Assembly (NCBI GenBank): GCA_049426345.1
Contig: JBMSYD010000001.1
Coordinates: 1-44,258 of the forward strand
Source: Aquiluna sp.
GTDB lineage: Bacteria; Actinomycetota; Actinomycetes; Actinomycetales; Microbacteriaceae
Length of the DNA stretch: 44,258 nucleotides
Direction of reading: 5' to 3'
The notes beneath the pieces were generated by a model. That model was not told the origin of the DNA. It searched no databases and saw only the letters and a list, made by a program, of their open reading frames with translations. The number at the start of each line of letters is the position of its first letter. Positions within the stretch are counted from its first letter, which is position 1. Made by a program: the position numbers and the translations under genes. Below are positions 39,073 to 44,258 of this stretch, piece by piece.

Positions 39073-40536
39073 ATGTTCGACTCCCTTTCTAATCGCCTGT
39101 CGGAAACCTTTAAGTCCCTGCGCGGAAAAGGCAGGCTGTCAGCTGCCGACATTGACGAGACTTTGCGAGATATCCGCAAGTCTCTTCTGGAGGCGGATGT
39201 TGCCCTCGATGTTGTGAAGGCTTTTATCGCAAGCATTCGAGAACGAGCGCTCGGTGATGAAGTTTCTAAAGCTTTGAATCCTGCTCAACAGGTAGTTCAA
39301 ATAGTTAACTCTGAGTTGGTCAAGATTCTCGGTGGTGAAACCCGGCGCCTGCAGTTTTCTAAGAACCCTCCGACCATCATCATGCTGGCAGGATTGCAAG
39401 GCTCTGGAAAAACAACGTTCGCAGCAAAGCTCGCCAATTTACTAAAGAACGAAAGTCAGACCCCGCTGCTAGTTGCTTGCGATCTGCAACGCCCAAATGC
39501 CGTGGATCAGCTAAGGGTTCTAGGCGAAAAGATTTCCGTGCCCGTCTTTGCTCCAGAGCCTGGAAATGGTGTTGGCAGCCCTGTTTCGGTGGCTAAGCAA
39601 GCGATAGAAAAGGCAAAGCGTGAGCAGCACTCTGTAGTGATTATCGACACTGCTGGTCGAACCGGTATTGATCAGGAGATGATGCAGCAGGCAATCGACA
39701 TAAGAAATGCAATTGAGCCTGACGAACTTATTTTTGTCATTGACTCAATGCTCGGTCAAGACGCCGTTAGTGTCGCGAAGGCATTCCAGGATGGTGTTGG
39801 ACTGAGCGCGGTTGCGCTGACCAAGTTAGATGGTGATGCGCGCGGTGGAGCAGCGCTTTCTGTTTCCACCATTACCGGCAAGCCAATTCTCTATAGCTCA
39901 ACCGGTGAATCGATTGACGCGATTGAGATATTCCACCCCGACCGTATGGCCAGTCGCATTTTGGACATGGGCGACGTACTAACTCTCATCGAGCAAGCTC
40001 AAAAAACCTTTGACCAAGAAGAAAGCAAGAAGATTGCGGAGAAAATTGCCAGCGAGCAGTTCACGCTCCAAGATTTTCTTGATCAACTGCAGCAGGTAAA
40101 GAAAATGGGCAATCTCAAGGGGATTATGGGGATGCTGCCTGGAATGGGCAAGCTGAGGGCCGATTTGGATCAGTTTGACGAGAAGCAGATCGACAGAACT
40201 CAAGCAATCATTCAGTCGATGACTCCACTTGAAAGAAGTCAACCAAAGGTCCTAAACGGCTCTCGGCGAATGAGGATTGCAAAGGGCTCTGGCTCAACCG
40301 TGACAGACGTAAATCAACTGATTCAGAGGTTTGAGCAGTCGGCCAAGGTCATGAAATCTATGGCCAAGGGTGGTCCTATGCCAGGATCTCCACTTCCTAT
40401 GCCAATCAAGAAAGTTGCGAAACCAGAGAAAAAGAAGGGCTCCAAGAGCGGCAATCCCGCGAAGCGAGCAGCCGAGAATCAAGGATTGACCTACCAACCC
40501 AAGCAGTCCGGCAGCAGCTTTGGGCTCGGAAACTAG
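39073..40536 (+). CDS. ffh: Signal recognition particle protein Ffh
   Basis: GLQGSGKTT, DTAGR, TKLDGDARGG, Met-rich M domain, SRRMRIAKGSG. Confidence 0.96.
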   Translation: MFDSLSNRLSETFKSLRGKGRLSAADIDETLRDIRKSLLEADVALDVVKAFIASIRERALGDEVSKALNPAQQVVQIVNSELVKILGGETRRLQFSKNPPTIIMLAGLQGSGKTTFAAKLANLLKNESQTPLLVACDLQRPNAVDQLRVLGEKISVPVFAPEPGNGVGSPVSVAKQAIEKAKREQHSVVIIDTAGRTGIDQEMMQQAIDIRNAIEPDELIFVIDSMLGQDAVSVAKAFQDGVGLSAVALTKLDGDARGGAALSVSTITGKPILYSSTGESIDAIEIFHPDRMASRILDMGDVLTLIEQAQKTFDQEESKKIAEKIASEQFTLQDFLDQLQQVKKMGNLKGIMGMLPGMGKLRADLDQFDEKQIDRTQAIIQSMTPLERSQPKVLNGSRRMRIAKGSGSTVTDVNQLIQRFEQSAKVMKSMAKGGPMPGSPLPMPIKKVAKPEKKKGSKSGNPAKRAAENQGLTYQPKQSGSSFGLGN

Positions 40537-40553
40537 CGCCAAATCAATTTTTC

Positions 40554-40672
40554 TGGCAGAATTTCACGGTTGTCTCGACCCTCTATCCAGACAGCAACCA
40601 ACCTGAGAAAACTGCCGAGTGTGCCCCCACGCTCACGGTGGCTCCTCGCCCCCTAACTCAAACAGGAGAAAA
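40554..40672 (+). promoter_or_regulatory. rpsP operon promoter (extended -10 TGgCAGAAT) and structured 5' leader
   Basis: TG 40554-55 plus CAGAAT 40557-62; hairpins at 40571-40593 and 40617-40634; AGGAG SD at 40664-68. Confidence 0.5.
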
Positions 40673-41203
40673 GTGGCTGCAAAGATCCGCCTAAAGCGCA
40701 TTGGTAAATTGCGCACCCCTCACTACCGCATTGTGGTAGCCGACTCGAAAACTCACCGTGATGGACGAGTCATTGAGGAAATTGGTCGTTACGTTCCTAC
40801 TACCGACCCATCAATCATCGAAGTTAACTCAGAGCGTGCGCAGTACTGGCTGTCCGTAGGTGCTCAGCCAACCGAGCCAGTAGTTGCAATTCTTCGTCTC
40901 ACCGGCGACCTTGCAAACGAAAAGGGCGAGAAGAAAAACAGCGTTAAGCCTCAGGTTGCCAAGCAAGCGTTTTCTGCCGACACCGCCAAGAAGTCAGTTC
41001 TACTTCCAAAGGAAGAGAAGAAGGCTAAGCCAGCGGAGGAAGCCAAGGCTGAACCAGCTGCAGAAGCTAGTGAGCCAGTAGTGGTTGAAGAGGTTGCTGC
41101 AGAGCCAGTAGCCGAAGTGACCGAGGCCCCAGCAGAAGCTGCCGCTGAACCAGTTGCAGAAGCTGCAGCTGAGGAAGCCAGCGAAGAGCCAAAGAGCGAA
41201 TAA
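40673..41203 (+). CDS. rpsP: 30S ribosomal protein S16 with Ala/Glu-rich C-terminal extension
   Basis: KIRLKRIGK...YRIVVADS...[10 protein letters not shown]...[10 protein letters not shown]; GTG 40673 after AGGAG. Confidence 0.95.
   Translation: MAAKIRLKRIGKLRTPHYRIVVADSKTHRDGRVIEEIGRYVPTTDPSIIEVNSERAQYWLSVGAQPTEPVVAILRLTGDLANEKGEKKNSVKPQVAKQAFSADTAKKSVLLPKEEKKAKPAEEAKAEPAAEASEPVVVEEVAAEPVAEVTEAPAEAAAEPVAEAAAEEASEEPKSE
41048..41164 (+). repeat. Degenerate coding repeat (AEP[A/V]AE[A/V]) in the S16 tail
   Basis: GCTGAACCAGCTGCAGAAGCT (41048-68) and GCTGAACCAGTTGCAGAAGCT (41144-64) match at 20 of 21 positions, with a diverged copy between them. Confidence 0.7.
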
Positions 41204-41206
41204 GTA

Positions 41207-41443
41207 ATGTTGGCAGCAACTTTGCAGCACCTGGTGCGTGCAATCGTAGATAACCCCGATGATGTTGCTGTCGAACTGCGCTCGATTGGCAAAAGTGATT
41301 TGCTTGAAATTCGCGTTCACCCAGATGATCTCGGACGAGTTATCGGTAAGGGTGGAAAAACTGCTACAGCCCTGCGCACCATTATTAATGCGCTGGCTGA
41401 TGGCAAGCGCATTCGTGTAGACGTGGTGGATACCGATTACTAA
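41207..41443 (+). CDS. khpA: KH domain RNA-binding protein KhpA
   Basis: VHPDDLGRVIGKGGKTA (GxxG); between rpsP and rimM. Confidence 0.92.
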   Translation: MLAATLQHLVRAIVDNPDDVAVELRSIGKSDLLEIRVHPDDLGRVIGKGGKTATALRTIINALADGKRIRVDVVDTDY

Positions 41444-41990
41444 CACCACGTCGCTTCGGGTAGGCCGCCTGCTCAAAGCACACGGCCTAAAAGGCGCTAT
41501 CAAGCTGGAGCTTTACACCGACTCACCAAACGAGCGTTTCGCCCCTGGCAGCAAACTAATGTTGCAGGTTCCAGAGACTTCTCCTTGGTATGGCAAGAGC
41601 GTGGTAGTCAAGGAGCTGCGTTGGTATAACAACTTGCCTGTGGTTTTTCTTGAAGGCGTTGATGATCGCACAGCCGCCGAGACTCTGATTAAGGCAATCC
41701 TTCTGATTGAGCAGGAGACTGCCCAGCTGCCAGTTGAGCCCGACGCTTGGTATGACCATCAATTAGTTGGGCTGAAAGTTATCCGCGAAGGCGTCGAGAT
41801 TGGAAAGGTCACAAGGGTCGATCACCTGCCTGCCCAGGATCTACTAGCCATTCAGGTCGAAGACAAAGAGGTGCTTCTTCCGTTTGTGAAGGCCTTTGTT
41901 CCAAGTGTGGATGTTGAAAAGTCCCAAATTCTCATTACCCCGCCGGGCGGATTGTTCGAAGAAATCGCGGAGTCGCAAGATGCGAATTGA
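41436..41990 (+). CDS. rimM: Ribosome maturation factor RimM (probable non-canonical ATT start)
   Basis: The frame upstream of the called ATG 41559 encodes the conserved [23 protein letters not shown]; C-terminal PRC barrel WYDHQLVGL...LPFV. Exact start is uncertain (ATT 41436 or ATA 41430). Confidence 0.88.
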   Translation: MTNTTSLRVGRLLKAHGLKGAIKLELYTDSPNERFAPGSKLMLQVPETSPWYGKSVVVKELRWYNNLPVVFLEGVDDRTAAETLIKAILLIEQETAQLPVEPDAWYDHQLVGLKVIREGVEIGKVTRVDHLPAQDLLAIQVEDKEVLLPFVKAFVPSVDVEKSQILITPPGGLFEEIAESQDAN

Positions 41991-42654
41991 TGCCATCTCG
42001 ATTTTTCCTGAGTTTTTCTCAGTCCTAGACATTTCGCTGCTCGGCAAAGCCCGGGAATCGAAACTGATTGAGTTCAATGCCCACGATTTGCGCAAATACA
42101 CACACGATCGCCACAAGACCGTCGATGACACCCCTTACGGTGGTGGAGCCGGCATGGTGATGAAGCCTGAGCCGTGGGGCGAGGCATTTGATGAGATTTT
42201 GGTTGGCAGCCCTGTTGTAATTTTTACTACTCCGGCTGGAAAGCAGTTCAATCAGGAAATTGCTCAGGAGCTCTCTTCAAAGCAGCACCTGATTTTTGCC
42301 TGCGGAAGGTATGAAGGCATAGATCAGCGAGTCGTTGATTACGCCAAAACCAAGGCCGAAGTGTATGAACTCTCCATCGGTGACTATGTCCTTAATGGCG
42401 GGGAAGTGGCGGCAGTTGCGATGATTGAAGCAATTTGTCGGTTGATTCCAGGTGTCATTGGCAACGCTGAATCGCTAGCCGATGAATCTCATTCGGATGG
42501 CCTGCTCGAATACCCCAGCTACACCAAGCCACAATCCTGGCGGGGTTTTGAGGTTCCTGAGGTTCTGCTATCTGGCCACCACGCCGAAATCGCCGCCTGG
42601 CGCAAAGACCAGTCCTTGCTCAGAACCCAGCAAAACCGCCCAGATCTGCTCTAG
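41980..42654 (+). CDS. trmD: tRNA (guanine-N1)-methyltransferase
   Basis: [44 protein letters not shown]; start reset to ATG 41980. Confidence 0.96.
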   Translation: MRIDAISIFPEFFSVLDISLLGKARESKLIEFNAHDLRKYTHDRHKTVDDTPYGGGAGMVMKPEPWGEAFDEILVGSPVVIFTTPAGKQFNQEIAQELSSKQHLIFACGRYEGIDQRVVDYAKTKAEVYELSIGDYVLNGGEVAAVAMIEAICRLIPGVIGNAESLADESHSDGLLEYPSYTKPQSWRGFEVPEVLLSGHHAEIAAWRKDQSLLRTQQNRPDLL

Positions 42655-42675
42655 GTTGCTTCCGGGCCACGGCTA

Positions 42676-42731
42676 TGGCAGACTTTCTAGCTGTGCCCAG
42701 GGTCTCTGCCGCAGGGGAGCAAAGAGCACAG
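42676..42731 (+). promoter_or_regulatory. rplS promoter (extended -10 TGgCAGACT) and leader stem-loop
   Basis: CAGACT 42679-84; CTGTGC 42691-96 pairs with GCACAG 42726-31 and encloses TCTCTG-CCG-CAGGGG. Confidence 0.5.
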
Positions 42732-42779
42732 AAATCAACTAGACCGTTTAGTCCTGCGTGCTAAAGGAAAGAGCTTGCA

Positions 42780-43136
42780 ATGCACATTCTTGATTCCCTC
42801 GATGCCAAGACCCTAAAGTCTGACGTTCCTGAGTTCCGCACAGGTGACAACGTGAAGGTTCACGTAAACATCGTGGAAGGTAACCGTAGCCGTGTTCAGG
42901 TCTTCCAGGGCATCGTCATCCGCCGATCCGGCGCAGGTGTCCGCGAGACTTTCACAGTTCGTAAGGTTTCTTTCCAGGTTGGCGTGGAGCGTACTTTCCC
43001 AATCCACAGCCCATCAATCGACAAGATTGAGGTTGTTTCAAAGGGTGACGTAAAGCGCGCAAAGCTTTACTTCCTTCGCGACCTATCTGGTAAGGCTGCA
43101 AAGATTCGCGAAAAGCGCGAGAACACTGACGCCTAA
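42780..43136 (+). CDS. rplS: 50S ribosomal protein L19
   Basis: [42 protein letters not shown]. Confidence 0.97.
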   Translation: MHILDSLDAKTLKSDVPEFRTGDNVKVHVNIVEGNRSRVQVFQGIVIRRSGAGVRETFTVRKVSFQVGVERTFPIHSPSIDKIEVVSKGDVKRAKLYFLRDLSGKAAKIREKRENTDA

Positions 43137-43150
43137 TTTAGACTGACTTC

Positions 43151-43894
43151 ATGACAGTCCCCGGGGAGCGACCCCGTAACCAGTCCCTGCTTGCATCATT
43201 TCGACGCAGGGTAAACAAAGCAAGAAAAAACTGGTTTACGTCCTTCCTAATTGACTTTGTCGTAATTGTTGGAACTGCCCTAGTACTTTCGGTTGCCATC
43301 AAGGCTTTTTTAATCAGAAGCTTCTACATTCCATCGGGCTCCATGTTGGAAACTCTGCAGATTAATGATCGCATTATCGTCAATGTGACAGCCCCGGAAG
43401 TCACCCCGATCAGTCGCGGAGACGTTGTTGTGTTCAGAGATCCGGGTGGTTGGCTTGGTTCGGTCTCGCAAGTTGAAAAAGAGCCAATCCAAGAAATTTC
43501 TGACTTTGTTCTAGGAACCTTTGGCATTACGGCTCCTGATTCAGCCGAGCACTTAGTGAAAAGGGTTATCGGGTTGCCCGGTGACACAGTGGCCTGCTGC
43601 GATGCAGATGGAAAACTAACAATCAATGGCCAGGCAATTACTGAGCCATACATCGGTGCCAACGCACCTTCTGAAATCGAATTCACTGTGACAGTGCCTG
43701 AAGGTCACTACTGGGTCATGGGTGACAATCGCCCAAACTCCACAGATTCCCGTTATCACCAAGATTTGCCTACTGGTGGCTTTGTTCCAATTTCAGTCGT
43801 GGTAGGCAACGCATTTGTCATTAGCTGGCCATTTGACAATTGGACCTGGCTATCAAACTACCCGGATACCTTCAGTGTCGTTCCCAACCCTTGA
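43151..43894 (+). CDS. lepB: Signal peptidase I
   Basis: TM anchor, IPSGSM (Ser), LVKRVIGLPGD (Lys), GDNRPNSTDSR; TAGACT 6 nt upstream. Confidence 0.95.
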   Translation: MTVPGERPRNQSLLASFRRRVNKARKNWFTSFLIDFVVIVGTALVLSVAIKAFLIRSFYIPSGSMLETLQINDRIIVNVTAPEVTPISRGDVVVFRDPGGWLGSVSQVEKEPIQEISDFVLGTFGITAPDSAEHLVKRVIGLPGDTVACCDADGKLTINGQAITEPYIGANAPSEIEFTVTVPEGHYWVMGDNRPNSTDSRYHQDLPTGGFVPISVVVGNAFVISWPFDNWTWLSNYPDTFSVVPNP

Positions 43895-44258
43895 GTTTGA
43901 AAAAACTCTTCTTGAAAAGCACTCGGCGGTCATCGCAATCGACGAAGTCGGTCGAGGATCAATAGCGGGACCTGTTGCTGTTGGGGCATTTATCCTCACC
44001 AAAGCTCAACTGACAGAAATTCCGGCTGGACTGCAGGACTCCAAGTTGGTCAAGGAAAACAAGCGCGGGGAGTTGGCGGATCGCGTGAGAATGTGGGGAA
44101 AAAGCTCAGTCTCTTTTGTCAGCGCTAAAGAAATCGATGATCATGGAATCATTCGTGCTTTGCAAACAGCTGGCAAACGATGCCTGGAAGAGCTAGTCAC
44201 GGAGAACGCGGTAGTTCTTCTAGATGGCAATCAGAATTGGCTGCAATTGAGCGGAGTG
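43875..44258 (+). CDS. rnhB: Ribonuclease HII, 3' end outside window
   Basis: Not in the ORF track. From GTG 43875: MSFPTLEFEKTLLEKHSAVIAIDEVGRGSIAGPVAVG...LQDSKL...EID...LLDGN. Confidence 0.92.
   Translation, partial: MSFPTLEFEKTLLEKHSAVIAIDEVGRGSIAGPVAVGAFILTKAQLTEIPAGLQDSKLVKENKRGELADRVRMWGKSSVSFVSAKEIDDHGIIRALQTAGKRCLEELVTENAVVLLDGNQNWLQLSGV

Noticed and set aside
1-44258. CRISPR array, IS element, rRNA, SRP RNA or defence system
   Set aside because: No regularly spaced repeats, terminal inverted repeats with transposase, rRNA signatures, SRP loop motif or defence-type domains were seen.

Overview
A gene-dense, mostly core-genome segment of an actinobacterium. Short intergenic gaps, moderate GC and the protein sequences suggest a streamlined Microbacteriaceae, possibly the Aquiluna/Rhodoluna group (inference). 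In order: hisN-rsgA-aroA (minus), ECF sigma/ZAS anti-sigma pair, SGNH-fold protein plus kgd, two CNNM/CBS 'hemolysin' genes, OYE, MFS, metX-metY, M20 amidohydrolase, ung, GNAT, a DeoR/GH36/GH42 galactoside cluster ending at tRNA-Leu(TAG), MFS, EamA, an oligopeptide ABC operon interrupted by an antisense membrane-protein gene, fdxA, rpmF-rnc-mutM, smc-ftsY-ffh, rpsP-khpA-rimM-trmD and rplS-lepB-rnhB. I saw no integrase, transposase or CRISPR array. Best leads: (1) an unannotated structured RNA candidate at about 18643-18791; (2) a 202-codon + strand ORF that exactly bridges oppC and the ABC ATPase while lying antisense to a probable real gene; (3) rimM has no canonical start codon and probably starts at AUU; (4) a 42-aa Com-like zinc-ribbon gene next to the tRNA; (5) a 14-bp motif shared by the aroA and EamA promoters; (6) a uORF coupled to the CNNM gene. 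All family calls are from motif recognition; no database search was run.
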